Positions 9,950-19,402 of a stretch of 64,000 bases of DNA are shown here, piece after piece. A program made the position numbers and the translations under genes. The notes beneath the pieces are model-generated. The model was not told the DNA's origin. It saw only the letters and a list, made by a program, of their open reading frames with translations, and did no database searches. Position 1 is the first letter of the stretch. Each line of letters opens with the position of its first letter. The DNA comes from Candidatus Omnitrophota bacterium (lineage in GTDB: Bacteria; Omnitrophota; Gorgyraeia; Zapsychrales; Zapsychraceae): assembly GCA_015233115.1 (NCBI GenBank), contig JADFYJ010000003.1, positions 40,536-104,535 of the forward strand, read 5' to 3'.

Positions 9950-10346
9950 GATTAATTTTTTGAATTTGGCTAAAGAACTTGATGAACGGCCTCCGGTGAC
10001 CGAAGAAAAAATTCGAACAGCTGTTAGTCGGGCGTATTATTATTTATTTTTAAAAATAAGAGCTTCCTTAGAGTCTGTAGGGTTAAAGTTCAAAAGGGCT
10101 GCCGAAGATCACGACGAAGTAAAAAATATGCTTTTAAAAACTGATATTACTGAAGCTCGAGCAGTTGGACTTTCTTTAGAAGAATTAAGAAGAAAAAGAA
10201 ATGATGCTGATTATGAAATGGAAATAGGAGGGTTTGGATTTGGATCAAACTCTGCTACTTTGGCAATTGCACAAGCGGAGAATGCAGCAGAACAATTTAA
10301 TCGCATAAATCGGAATTGTCTTAAAGAGAAAATTCGCGTAAATTAA
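9942..10346 (+). CDS. HEPN-like alpha-helical protein, cargo operon gene 3
   Basis: VSRAYYYLFL and LRRKRNDADYE resemble the HEPN Rx4-6H region, but Y sits in place of H. The ATG at 9942 overlaps the stop of gene 2. The track offers an alternative GTG at 9933. Confidence 0.4.
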   Translation: MDEINFLNLAKELDERPPVTEEKIRTAVSRAYYYLFLKIRASLESVGLKFKRAAEDHDEVKNMLLKTDITEARAVGLSLEELRRKRNDADYEMEIGGFGFGSNSATLAIAQAENAAEQFNRINRNCLKEKIRVN

Positions 10347-10377
10347 TTTTTAAAAATTATTTATACGCGCGCTTTGT

Positions 10378-10710
10378 TTATTTTCGATGTTCACAAATAT
10401 TTTTATAAATGCTAAGCAGTAGGTGGGCATCTTTGAAATTGTGTTTATTGAGAAGTCTTTTTAATTCTTGAGTAGATTTTGTCGTATCCTCGCTGCTTAT
10501 TACCTCCTCAAATAATTCATTTATTCTTACCTCTAAAGTCTCTGCTATTCGGGTGATGGTGTCTAGGGAAGGTTGTTTAATCCCTCGTTCGATTAATCCG
10601 ATATAGTTGTCGCTCGCTTCAATTTTCTCAGCTAATTGTGATTGAGTTAATCCCGCTTGTTCTCGAAAGAAACGAATCCGTTTGCCTAACATCCGGTAAG
10701 GTTTTTCCAT
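10378..10710 (-). CDS. XRE-family helix-turn-helix transcriptional regulator
   Basis: HTH_3 signature LTQSQLAEKIEASDNYIGLIERGIKQPSLDTITRIA. Divergent from the downstream cargo gene. Confidence 0.8.
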   Translation of the reverse strand: MEKPYRMLGKRIRFFREQAGLTQSQLAEKIEASDNYIGLIERGIKQPSLDTITRIAETLEVRINELFEEVISSEDTTKSTQELKRLLNKHNFKDAHLLLSIYKNICEHRK

Positions 10711-10883
10711 AGTAAACCTCCTTGCCAGATATGATATTCAAAAAAATTATTAAGACCACATACCATAAGTATGTTTTTTGCTGGAAAAAACTATCCATAA
10801 GTTATATTATTGTTAAAATTGGATAAATTTTTCCAATGTAAAGCGACAAAAAATAGAATTGGGTCTTAATAGAGGTTAGGAGT

Positions 10884-11837
10884 ATGCAAAAAAATATTGG
10901 TAAAATTTTAAAAGTTCCTTTACGCAATCTTTGGAAAAAAGAAGATAAGGATTTTACTAAATGGATGGAAGAAAATATTGATTATTTGAATGACATTTTG
11001 GATTTTGAAATTTCAATTGAATCGAGCGAAGAAAATGTTGGCCCCTTCCGCGTAGATCTTTACGGTGAAGATGGTTTTGGGCGAAAAGTTATTATTGAAA
11101 ATCAACTTGAAAAAAGCGACCACGATCATCTCGGTAAACTTTTGACATATTTAATCAATCTTGAAGCTAAAATTGCAATCTGGATTTCTAGCGATCCCGT
11201 TGAGGAGCACTCTGCTGTCATAGATTGGTTAAATGAAGTTGCCCCGGATGATATGCTTTTTTATTTAATTAAGATTGAGGCCATTGAAATAGAAGGGCAG
11301 TCTATGGCTGCCCCACTATTTACAATTGTTAAAGGGCCAACAGCTGAGGCTAAACAGTTGGGAAGTGAGAGGAAAGAATTTGCACAACGTCATATTGTAC
11401 GAAAGCAATTTTGGGAGCAACTTTTAGAGAGAAGTAAGAATAAAACAAAGTTGTTTTCCAATATTTCTCCGAGTATGGATCATTGGTTGTCTACGGGTAT
11501 TGGAAAATCCGGCATTGCATTGAGTTATTTGATTACAAATAAGTACGCTGGTTGTGATCTTTATTTTTCGAGAGGAAGGAATAAGGCAGACGATGAAAAT
11601 GTAAATAAAATTTGGTTTGATGAATTATACAAAAATAAGGATCGGATTGAAAAAGAATTTGGCGCGCCGTTGGATTGGCAGCGATTAAATGATAAATGGG
11701 CTTCAAGGATCGCGTGTCATTACCAAGGCTTGACTTTGCAAGATGAGAAAAATTGGCCTATGATTCAAGATAAATTGATTGAAACAGCAATTCGTATGGA
11801 AAAAGTCTTTGCGCCGTTTATAAAGCAATTGGAGTAA
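10884..11837 (+). CDS. PD-(D/E)xK nuclease-like protein (DUF4268-like pattern)
   Basis: The motif VDLYGED...VIIENQLEKSDHDHLGKLLTY fits D...E-x-K plus the conserved IENQLE.tDHDHLG block. Assigned from memory of the family. Confidence 0.4.
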   Translation: MQKNIGKILKVPLRNLWKKEDKDFTKWMEENIDYLNDILDFEISIESSEENVGPFRVDLYGEDGFGRKVIIENQLEKSDHDHLGKLLTYLINLEAKIAIWISSDPVEEHSAVIDWLNEVAPDDMLFYLIKIEAIEIEGQSMAAPLFTIVKGPTAEAKQLGSERKEFAQRHIVRKQFWEQLLERSKNKTKLFSNISPSMDHWLSTGIGKSGIALSYLITNKYAGCDLYFSRGRNKADDENVNKIWFDELYKNKDRIEKEFGAPLDWQRLNDKWASRIACHYQGLTLQDEKNWPMIQDKLIETAIRMEKVFAPFIKQLE

Positions 11838-11838
11838 A

Positions 11839-12744
11839 ATGAAAAAAATAGTTATTGGTCTTATATTATTTTTGTGCTTTCAAATAGCTATTGTTAAGGC
11901 AGAACCCAATATTTCCATCCCCGAAGATATTTTCAAAGCCTTGGATAATCTCAAAGACGACAATTTGCAATTGAACTGTACGGAAGCCGCCCTTTATCTT
12001 TATGATCGAAGAGAAAAAATTGTTGATATTTTAATAAATGTATTACCGAAACTTGATTGGCAAGGCCAAGATGTCATATTAAAAATACTTACTGAGACCG
12101 AAACCTATAGTCCGAATGAATATATTATAAAACTTATGCTTGAGCGGATTAAAGATGAAAGGAGTCCAAATATACGTAACGCTCACGACATTTATCATTA
12201 TGACTATATTCCTTACATTAGAAAATATGCGAAGCAGTTTAAGGACGAGCTTAGGACATATATAAAGATTGGAAATATTAGACAGCTCTGGGTTGTGACG
12301 CACATACTAGTCAAAGAAAATATTTTTGATGAAATAAGCGATGCTTATAGTCCTAAGTTGATGAATTTTGTAATCAAAAATTTGCGGGATGATAATATCG
12401 ATATGAATGCATCTTATTCGGCAAGAATTTGTTTTTTAATCGGTAAAAATAGTCTTCCGTACCTAAAACAAGAAGTGAAAGATGGCGACGCTCAATCCAA
12501 GGAAATAGCAAAGACTTTAGTCAGATATATTTCTGAAAATCGCCGTTTTAATCCGGATGATTTATGGGAATTTGTTGATGAGCTAAGTGTCTCGGGTGTT
12601 ACATTAGGAAGCACGTATTTAGACAGAATTGAGCGAGAAGGGGCCAGCAAATTGCCGGATTTTTGGTTTGGGTCAAATGTATCTAAACAGCCTAAATTTT
12701 TAATAAGTGGAAAATATACAAACAGACAGCAAATGAGCGAGTAA
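11839..12744 (+). CDS. Secreted hypothetical protein (signal peptide)
   Basis: N-terminus MKKIVIGLILFLCFQIAIVKA. Confidence 0.5.
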   Translation: MKKIVIGLILFLCFQIAIVKAEPNISIPEDIFKALDNLKDDNLQLNCTEAALYLYDRREKIVDILINVLPKLDWQGQDVILKILTETETYSPNEYIIKLMLERIKDERSPNIRNAHDIYHYDYIPYIRKYAKQFKDELRTYIKIGNIRQLWVVTHILVKENIFDEISDAYSPKLMNFVIKNLRDDNIDMNASYSARICFLIGKNSLPYLKQEVKDGDAQSKEIAKTLVRYISENRRFNPDDLWEFVDELSVSGVTLGSTYLDRIEREGASKLPDFWFGSNVSKQPKFLISGKYTNRQQMSE

Positions 12745-12750
12745 TTAAGA

Positions 12751-13431
12751 ATGAAAAGGATATTGATATTTATCATTTTTTTATTTGTTTCAAGCGTATC
12801 TGCCGCACAAGAACTATCGTCTGTAGAAAAGATTAAATTTCAAGAAAAGAAGGGAAGCTGTGAAGTCACTGGGGAGTATCCGCAATTTAAGATCCTAAAA
12901 ATTTCTGCCAACAAACTTAAAAATGTAAATAAAGAGATAAATGTGTTTGCTCGAAGTCTTTTTATAAAGTTTTTAACAAAAGATGCCATCGGACAACAAA
13001 TCAAAGAAGATTTCAAGACAAGCAGTAATGGGAATACGTTTGATATTGATTTTAATGTAATAAGGGCAGATACAAGGTACGTTAGCGTAATTTTTCAAAC
13101 TTATTTTATGCAAGAAAACGCACCTCACGGCGTTGGACATTTTTATGCGTTTAATTATGATGTCGAACATTCAAAAATTATTCATTTAAGTGATCTTTTT
13201 AAGCCGGGTACTGACTATTTAAAACAACTTCGGGGTTTTTGTAATCGCGATCTTGAAAAACAATTAGGGAACGGGTTTTATGATAAGGACGCTGTAAATG
13301 ATAGTACACAATTTACTTTTGACCAAGAAAGTTTAATTATTCATTTTAGTGCTTATGAAGTTGCTTGCTATGCTGCTGGTATGCCAGAAGTCAAAATTTC
13401 ATTTAAGAAGCTGATAGGGCTTAAAGAATGA
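12751..13431 (+). CDS. Secreted protein, DUF3298/DUF4163 (RsiV C-terminal-like) family guess
   Basis: Signal peptide. The ...APHGVGHFYAFNYDV...IHLSDLF pattern resembles DUF3298. Confidence 0.4.
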   Translation: MKRILIFIIFLFVSSVSAAQELSSVEKIKFQEKKGSCEVTGEYPQFKILKISANKLKNVNKEINVFARSLFIKFLTKDAIGQQIKEDFKTSSNGNTFDIDFNVIRADTRYVSVIFQTYFMQENAPHGVGHFYAFNYDVEHSKIIHLSDLFKPGTDYLKQLRGFCNRDLEKQLGNGFYDKDAVNDSTQFTFDQESLIIHFSAYEVACYAAGMPEVKISFKKLIGLKE

Positions 13432-13604
13432 GAATTTGTGGCTGTTAAAAAAAGGGTATCAAAAAGTCCTGTATGAAATTAGCCGATTTATGGCTGTTTC
13501 CAAAACGAACGTTTTTTAAACATTTGGAGAGAATGTTGGTAGAGGTGAGGACGGGCTCAATTATAGCGGTGTGTTATAACGGATGACAGTATAAACAATA
13601 ATAG

Positions 13605-14048
13605 ATGCGAGGTGAAGAAATGAAAATCATTGTCATTGCTTTATTGTCAGTATTTTTAATTGGCTGTTCGGCTGCATATTGGAATCAGGTAGCGGAAAAT
13701 ATGCGGAACAACCCGTATCATCCTCCTCAATATCAATCTCCCCAACAAAATAATCAGCCGTCTATGATTGACCAGTATCATCAAATGCAACAACAAACGT
13801 ATCAAAATCAATATCAACAACAACAGTTACAATTACAGCAACAGCAAATGCAGTTACAGCAACTACAAATACAAGCTCAACAGCGACAGCAGCAGCAACA
13901 AATTGGTCAATATTTAATGCAGCCTTTGTCCCAATATCATCCGTTAAATGTCCCCAATAACGTACCAGAACAGTCGGGAAGGGTAACAACACATTGTACT
14001 TCAGCATCGATAAACGGGGGAGGAGGAATGGATTGTACCTCTTATTAA
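13605..14048 (+). CDS. Gln-rich lipoprotein
   Basis: Lipobox LIGC. Long poly-Q/L region. The true start may be the ATG at 13620 (MKIIV). Confidence 0.5.
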   Translation: MRGEEMKIIVIALLSVFLIGCSAAYWNQVAENMRNNPYHPPQYQSPQQNNQPSMIDQYHQMQQQTYQNQYQQQQLQLQQQQMQLQQLQIQAQQRQQQQQIGQYLMQPLSQYHPLNVPNNVPEQSGRVTTHCTSASINGGGGMDCTSY

Positions 14049-14149
14049 TTAACAAACAAAATTAATCAGTCGTATCAGTTATTTCGGGAAAAGCTCTTCC
14101 GCTTCATTAATTTTAGAAAATATTTTTTTGTTTATGAGACATAAAGAAA

Positions 14150-14641
14150 TTAGGATGGCTTTCGGCTGTCCTTTATTGCTTCTGTAAGTCCTAAATCTTC
14201 ACAATGATTTTTTAAAACCTCTTCGCCCTCTTTGGTTAAATCCAATAAAATTTGTTTATTTTTAGTGTTTGGCATTAAAGATATTTGCGCTTTCAAGTTT
14301 TTAAATATTGAAAGGGCTTGAATAAGACTTGAATACATTGGCAGATTCAAAATCTGTTTCGACAAAGATTTTTTAACATCTTTTAGATCAAAAGGGAAAG
14401 ACCAATTGACGTAGGGGGCTGTTTCTTTGTCATCTAAGACATTAGCAAGGCTAATTGCAATAGGGTAAGATGGCTTTTGTTTGGAGGCTTCTAACCTAGA
14501 AAGATAGCCTTCTGTTATACCGACTTGTTTTGCGACTTCGAGCAAGGATAGGCCTTTATCCATACGAATTTTCCTAATTCTTTGGCCCATCGTTTTGACA
14601 TCTTTTGGATAATCTGATTTTCTCATACGTTTATAATCCAC
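14150..14641 (-). CDS. CI-like XRE-family repressor of the element
   Basis: N-terminal HTH LSLLEVAKQVGITEGYLSRLE plus a C-terminal domain. Divergent from xis-int and shares an operator region with it. Confidence 0.7.
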   Translation of the reverse strand: MDYKRMRKSDYPKDVKTMGQRIRKIRMDKGLSLLEVAKQVGITEGYLSRLEASKQKPSYPIAISLANVLDDKETAPYVNWSFPFDLKDVKKSLSKQILNLPMYSSLIQALSIFKNLKAQISLMPNTKNKQILLDLTKEGEEVLKNHCEDLGLTEAIKDSRKPS

Positions 14642-14642
14642 A

Positions 14643-14718
14643 TTTCTTACCTACTTGTCAAGAAAATAGTTTACAAAAGGGAAATATTGGGGTATAATCT
14701 TACTTGTTAGGTAAGAAA
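14643..14718. promoter_or_regulatory. Divergent switch region: 11-bp inverted repeat TTTCTTACCTA / TAGGTAAGAAA flanking a sigma70-like promoter (TTTACA-17-TATAAT with TG extension) driving xis-int
   Basis: -35 at 14670-14675 and -10 at 14693-14698 with a 17-bp spacer. The inverted-repeat arms are at 14643-14653 and 14708-14718. Confidence 0.45.
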
Positions 14719-14739
14719 CAATAAAAAAGGAGTGTCAAA

Positions 14740-14919
14740 ATGGGTGATTTTATGACGGTTCAAGAAATAGCGGCTAAAGTTAGGAAGGCGACAAAAACAA
14801 TTTATCATTACGTCGAAACTGAAGTAATTCCGGCGAATTTAATTATCCGAGTTGGCAACTCAATTCGTATGCGACCTTCGGATTTTGAAAAGTGGATTGA
14901 AGGACAGCGAGGCAGATAA
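14740..14919 (+). CDS. xis: Excisionase / AlpA-like small DNA-binding protein (HTH_17)
   Basis: 59 aa. MTVQEIAAKVRKATKTIYHYVE fits a MerR-type HTH. SD AAAAAGGAG. Immediately upstream of the integrase. Under 60 aa, so not in the track. Confidence 0.6.
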   Translation: MGDFMTVQEIAAKVRKATKTIYHYVETEVIPANLIIRVGNSIRMRPSDFEKWIEGQRGR

Positions 14920-14920
14920 A

Positions 14921-15919
14921 GTGGCGCATTTTCGTAAAAGAGATAATGGGTTTTACTATGCTTATTGGAAAGAAAAACGTTCTAATGGGTTATGGTACAC
15001 AATGGCTAAAGCATTAAAGACTAAAAATAAATTTGTTGCTCAAAAACGGTTTAATAATTTATTCGCCGAAGATTTGGGAGAAGTTAAAGAGTGTTATGTT
15101 GAAGATTGGGTAGAGCTTTTAAAGCGAAGCTTGGGTACAGAAGACTTAGATTCCAAAACTACAACCAAATATATTTTTCACGCCGAACGATTTATTGGTT
15201 TTTTTAATGGTAGGGTCAGGAAAATGAGCGATTTTAGACACGAACACATTATTGAGTTCATAAATAATTTAAATCAGTCCAATTATTCAAAGAGCACGGT
15301 TGCCGGTTACGGGCGAAGTTTACGAAAAATGTTTAACATTGCTTTGGACTTAGAATATGTCCGCAAGAGTCCAATGAAGAGGTTTAAAGTAGGCAAAATG
15401 GAACAAAGACAAAGATTCTTTAATCCATCGGAGATAATTAAGATACTAGAAGTTGCTAAGGAAGATCAATTTCAATACGCACTTGTTTTGTACTCATTAC
15501 AGACGGGTTTTCGAATTGAAGAGGTTGTGGATTCCTTCTGGGAAAACATTAACCATACAAACAGAACGATTACAGTGATAGGAAAAGGAAAAAAATCCCG
15601 GCGTCAAAAGATTCCGGCGTTAGCATACGAAGCTATAATGAAATTGAATGGTAAATGGCCTACGCTTTTTGGTAAGCAACAAAAGCAGTTGTATCGCGAT
15701 GTAAAGGTTGTTTTAGCAAAAGCTGACGTAAAAGGGTCGCCGCACGTCTTTCGGGACTCCTATGCTACATATTCGATTAAAATAATGCCTTTAAGCACGT
15801 TACGGGAGAGGATGGGGCATAGTAGCTTGCTTCAGACCGATAAATATACGCACGCATTAAATTCGGAAGTTGACCCAGAAGTAATGAAATATTTTGAAGA
15901 TTGGCAAATTCAGAGGTAA
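14921..15919 (+). CDS. int: Tyrosine recombinase / phage integrase
   Basis: C-terminal catalytic residues ...R...HVFRDSYAT...GHSSLLQTDKYTH carry the R, H-x-x-R and Y. The GTG start is coupled to the xis stop. The track's ATG at 14852 would overlap xis by 68 nt. Confidence 0.8.
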   Translation: MAHFRKRDNGFYYAYWKEKRSNGLWYTMAKALKTKNKFVAQKRFNNLFAEDLGEVKECYVEDWVELLKRSLGTEDLDSKTTTKYIFHAERFIGFFNGRVRKMSDFRHEHIIEFINNLNQSNYSKSTVAGYGRSLRKMFNIALDLEYVRKSPMKRFKVGKMEQRQRFFNPSEIIKILEVAKEDQFQYALVLYSLQTGFRIEEVVDSFWENINHTNRTITVIGKGKKSRRQKIPALAYEAIMKLNGKWPTLFGKQQKQLYRDVKVVLAKADVKGSPHVFRDSYATYSIKIMPLSTLRERMGHSSLLQTDKYTHALNSEVDPEVMKYFEDWQIQR

Positions 15920-15973
15920 TTATGGATTACAATTTGGGTTACAAATGGCTAGTTTTAGGTGAAAATAGTATGA

Positions 15974-16022
15974 ACGGAAGATTCTCAGTCTTTAAACACG
16001 GGTCCGAATCCCGTTGGGGCTA
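15974..16022 (+). repeat. attR core: 49-bp copy of the tRNA-Glu 3' end
   Basis: Identical to 6892-6940. Confidence 0.85.
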
Positions 16023-16028
16023 CTAAAT

Positions 16029-16063
16029 AAAAGGGACTGCTTTGTGCAGTCCCTCTTTATTTA
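16029..16063. terminator. Bidirectional rho-independent terminator, probably the original tRNA-Glu terminator displaced by the island
   Basis: Stem GGGACTGC/GCAGTCCC with loop TTTGT. Flanked by A-rich sequence 5' and TCTTTATTT 3'. Confidence 0.6.
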
Positions 16064-16266
16064 ATATGCTTCGCGGAAGACCCACAACGAGTGAAGCGAG
16101 TCGGACCTGAACCAAAATTTCCACCGCAAATTTAGAAAGATTTTTAATCCTCCTATTTCCTCAAACCTTCTTGACATTGTTTAAACTATTAAATATAGTA
16201 AACGTGCATCTGGAGATTTTTCTATATTATTGATATATATAGATTTTCCAAAAATAGGGGGTCAGA

Positions 16267-18435
16267 GTGTTTACAAAATCATTAACGTTTAAAAAAAGTA
16301 TTTTTATTGCGTTGACCGGGATTATTTTTTTGTTTATATCTCCTCTGTATGCTCAAACGGCAGATCCCAAAGCTCCTCTACCTGCTGCGTCAACTCCGGC
16401 ATTGCCGGCTGTTGCTCAGGAACCTGCGGCCCAAAAACAAATTATCGAAGACCCAAAAGCACCAGAAGCAAAAGTTAATGCAGCGGCTGAGACCAAACTC
16501 AAGGCTGACGCTGACGCTAAGCTTAAGGCGGAATTAGACGAAAAACAAAAAGAAGAAACGCATTTTAAAGCGGATCAAGCGGCCCGTATCGCTGAAGAGC
16601 AAGCCATACAACAGAAAATTGAAGTTGAACATTTGAGCATTAAAGAAAATCAAAAAAATCAAGAAAGAAAAAGTATCTGGAAAATAATGATTTTGGGTGT
16701 TGTGGGTTTCATTTTAATATCGGGAGTATTGGTGTTTTTCTTTAAAAAAGGTGAGGTTTTTTTAGGGCAGATTAAATTGGGAACTAAAATGATCGGCGGC
16801 TTTGTGCTCGTGGCTGTGATTGCGGCGATTATAGGAAGTATCGGGATGCTGGGGTTAAAAGATTTGATGAAAAGTAACGATTATTATGGGAAAGTGACAG
16901 TTCCTTCTTTATCTGGGTTGGCTGAGGCTTTGTTTTCTTTTGAAGGAAGCAAGGCCGCTTTACGCACCATTATTAATCCGGAAATGGCGGATAATAATAT
17001 TGAAGAAGCTTTAACGGATTTAGTCAAGTATCGTCAGATGTATAAACATGGTATGGCCATATATGATGTGGCAGGTAGGACCAAAGAAGAAGATGCCGCT
17101 TATCAGGAATTTAAAACTAAATTAGATGAGGTCATGGGTGTTGACGATAAAATTATGGCGCTGGTGGAAGAAGGACGGAAGATAAGCAAGGACGATCCTA
17201 AGCGAGCTACGGTGTATGCTCAGGCAAACGCGTTGGCGGTGGGGCTATCCAATACCGGGTTTAGACGTATACAAGTTTTGTTAGACGCGATATTGAAAAT
17301 CAATATTGATCAGGCGGTGATTGCAGGAACGATTGCGGATCGGGCAATGGCCGACGCGAATTTGGAAATCATCATGGTGACTATCTTTGGGATGATATTC
17401 GCGTTGATATTAGGATTTTCTATGGCGAAATCGACGACCACACCTCTAGCGGCGACAGTATCGGTGATGGCGGCCATGTCAGAAGGAGATTTAACTAAAC
17501 GACTCAAAATGAACCGTAAAGATGAGCTGGGTGTAATGGCTAATGCGATGGACAATTTTTCAAATAAATTGTCAGAGATGATTAGCCGGATTCGCGCGGC
17601 AGCTGGACAATTATCTTCGGCAACAGAAGAAGTATCTTCCGGTTCCCAGCAAATTGCCGACGGGGCGCAACAGCAGGCGGCTTCGTTTGAACAATTATCC
17701 AGCTCTGTTCAGTCGAATTCTGATAATGTCAGATCTGCGAATAGTCTGGCCCAAAATGTGGCGGAAGAAGCAAAAAAGACCGGCAAAACTATGGAGCAAA
17801 GCGTTGACGAGATGGCGAGTATTGAAAAAGGTTCTAAGCAAATGTCCGAGGCTGTCGCATTGATTACAGAGATTGCGGATCAGACGAATTTGCTGGCTTT
17901 AAATGCAGCGATTGAAGCTGCCCGGGCAGGAGAGCACGGAAAAGGTTTTGCGGTGGTCGCGGATGAAGTCCGTCATTTGGCAGAACGCAGTGCCACGACG
18001 GCTAAAGAAATTAAAATGTTGATTAAAAATAATTTAAAACAAGTGGAAAGCGGCGTTAATATTTCAAAACTGGCAGGGCAAAGCACGCGGTTGATCGTTG
18101 AAGATATTAAGAAAATTGCGGAGCAATTGCGGTCCGTAGCGGAAAACACTCAGGAACAGGCTGCGGCTATGGAAGAAAATATGGCTATCACCGAATCGAA
18201 TTCTTCTTCATCAGAAGAATTGGCTGGCTCCGCGGAGGAAATGGCATCGCAAGCCCAGTCTTTGCAAAATATGGTAGTTCAGTTTAAAACGATAGAAAGT
18301 TCCGCGCCTGTTCGTCAGGCAGCAGCGCCGGTGCAGTTGAAAAAAAATGAAAAAATTAAAAAAACGGTTTTAAAACCTGCGGCTAAGCCTAGAGAAAAAC
18401 ATGGCCCTAGTGAAGAAGCGTTGAGAATCGGATGA
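16267..18435 (+). CDS. Methyl-accepting chemotaxis protein with an atypical Ala/Pro/Lys-rich N-terminal region
   Basis: HAMP domain followed by the MCP signalling domain ([38 protein letters not shown]). GTG start with SD-like GGGGG. Confidence 0.85.
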   Translation: MFTKSLTFKKSIFIALTGIIFLFISPLYAQTADPKAPLPAASTPALPAVAQEPAAQKQIIEDPKAPEAKVNAAAETKLKADADAKLKAELDEKQKEETHFKADQAARIAEEQAIQQKIEVEHLSIKENQKNQERKSIWKIMILGVVGFILISGVLVFFFKKGEVFLGQIKLGTKMIGGFVLVAVIAAIIGSIGMLGLKDLMKSNDYYGKVTVPSLSGLAEALFSFEGSKAALRTIINPEMADNNIEEALTDLVKYRQMYKHGMAIYDVAGRTKEEDAAYQEFKTKLDEVMGVDDKIMALVEEGRKISKDDPKRATVYAQANALAVGLSNTGFRRIQVLLDAILKINIDQAVIAGTIADRAMADANLEIIMVTIFGMIFALILGFSMAKSTTTPLAATVSVMAAMSEGDLTKRLKMNRKDELGVMANAMDNFSNKLSEMISRIRAAAGQLSSATEEVSSGSQQIADGAQQQAASFEQLSSSVQSNSDNVRSANSLAQNVAEEAKKTGKTMEQSVDEMASIEKGSKQMSEAVALITEIADQTNLLALNAAIEAARAGEHGKGFAVVADEVRHLAERSATTAKEIKMLIKNNLKQVESGVNISKLAGQSTRLIVEDIKKIAEQLRSVAENTQEQAAAMEENMAITESNSSSSEELAGSAEEMASQAQSLQNMVVQFKTIESSAPVRQAAAPVQLKKNEKIKKTVLKPAAKPREKHGPSEEALRIG

Positions 18436-18926
18436 TTTGTAAAAAAGTTATGCGATTAGATGACAATACATATATGAGGATGGCCATTGAAAAAGCTAGG
18501 GAAGGGGTATCTCAAGGCCAGACTCCTTTTGCTGCGTGCATTGTGCTTAATGGAGAAGTATTGAGTTGTTGTCATAATGTGGTTTGGCAGACTACGGATA
18601 TTACCGCGCATGGGGAAATCCACGCGATTCGGCAGGCTTGTCTGAACGCAAAAACTATTGATTTATCTGGAGCAGTGCTTTATTCTACGTGCGAACCTTG
18701 CCCCATGTGTTTTGCGGCTATTCACTGGGCCAGAATTGCTAAGGTCATCTACGGCGCGACCATTGCTGACGCGAAGCAGGCGGGTTTTCATGAATTGACC
18801 ATTTCTAATGAACAAATGAAAAGTTTAGGTGGCAGTGAAGTGGAAATCGAAGGTGGATTTTTAAGAGAAGAAAACGTGAAAGTGTTCGAATATTTTTTAA
18901 GCAGGGCAAATAAAAAGGTGTATTAA
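18432..18926 (+). CDS. CDA-fold nucleoside/nucleotide deaminase (TadA / guanine deaminase family)
   Basis: HGEIHAI plus TCEPCPMC zinc-binding motifs. The start overlaps the MCP stop (ATGA). Confidence 0.7.
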   Translation: MICKKVMRLDDNTYMRMAIEKAREGVSQGQTPFAACIVLNGEVLSCCHNVVWQTTDITAHGEIHAIRQACLNAKTIDLSGAVLYSTCEPCPMCFAAIHWARIAKVIYGATIADAKQAGFHELTISNEQMKSLGGSEVEIEGGFLREENVKVFEYFLSRANKKVY

Positions 18927-18927
18927 C

Positions 18928-19386
18928 ATGAAGCGAGTTTGTTTATTAATTTTATTATGCGTTGGTCTTTATGGGTGCGTGACAGTTGAGAAAGAAGATC
19001 GTCCGCCTGCAAATACCGCTGAGCACAAACAATTGATACCTGTTAATTTAATTCGACCGGGCATGAGTTCAGCAGAAGTAAAATCTGTATTGGGAAATAA
19101 TATGGTGATCGGATATCAAAAAAAGGACAAAACAGGGATTTATGAACCCATTAATATGGCGATCCCTTTAAAAAGCGAAGATTTTAAGAGAGCTCAAGAA
19201 AAATATCGAGCTGATTTTTATTATGTGGAGGTGAGATTACCAGACGGGATTATTTCTGACGAAGAAATAACGCCCGTTGTTTTCAAAAATGATTTGGTGG
19301 TGGGGATCGGTTGGGATTTTTACAAGAGTTTAAAAATAGGGGACAGCGCCCTATTTCTCAAGGATAAAAAAAATGATGAGAAATAG
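18928..19386 (+). CDS. Lipoprotein, hypothetical
   Basis: Lipobox LYGC. The C-terminus (IGDSALF) is encoded by the palindromic repeat element. Confidence 0.5.
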   Translation: MKRVCLLILLCVGLYGCVTVEKEDRPPANTAEHKQLIPVNLIRPGMSSAEVKSVLGNNMVIGYQKKDKTGIYEPINMAIPLKSEDFKRAQEKYRADFYYVEVRLPDGIISDEEITPVVFKNDLVVGIGWDFYKSLKIGDSALFLKDKKNDEK

Positions 19387-19402
19387 GGCGCTGTCCCCTA
19401 TT
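19335..19402. repeat. Palindromic repeat element copy A (22-bp arms AATAGGGGACAGCGCCCTATTT / AAATAGGGCGCTGTCCCCTATT, 24-bp spacer)
   Basis: The arms are a perfect reverse complement. It spans the lipoprotein stop and the trmB start. Confidence 0.75.

Larger units (their letters stand above)
6941..16022 (+). mobile_element. ~9.1-kb tRNA-Glu-associated integrative element (genomic island / prophage remnant-like) carrying serine recombinase, tyrosine integrase, xis, a CI-like repressor and cargo
   Basis: It is flanked by 49-bp direct repeats of the tRNA 3' end. The integrase/xis/repressor module lies next to attR. A shared 22-bp motif (GGGTTACAATTTGGGTTACAAA) sits near both ends. The cargo genes look more AT-rich than the flanks by eye. 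The bidirectional tRNA terminator lies immediately outside attR. Confidence 0.75.

Noticed and set aside
13762-14055. Antisense 97-aa ORF opposite the Gln-rich lipoprotein
   Set aside because: An artefact of low-complexity CAG/CAA-rich sequence.
14852-14920. Integrase start at ATG 14852
   Set aside because: It would overlap the xis-like ORF by 68 nt. The GTG at 14921, directly after the xis stop, gives a coupled arrangement. Either start remains possible.
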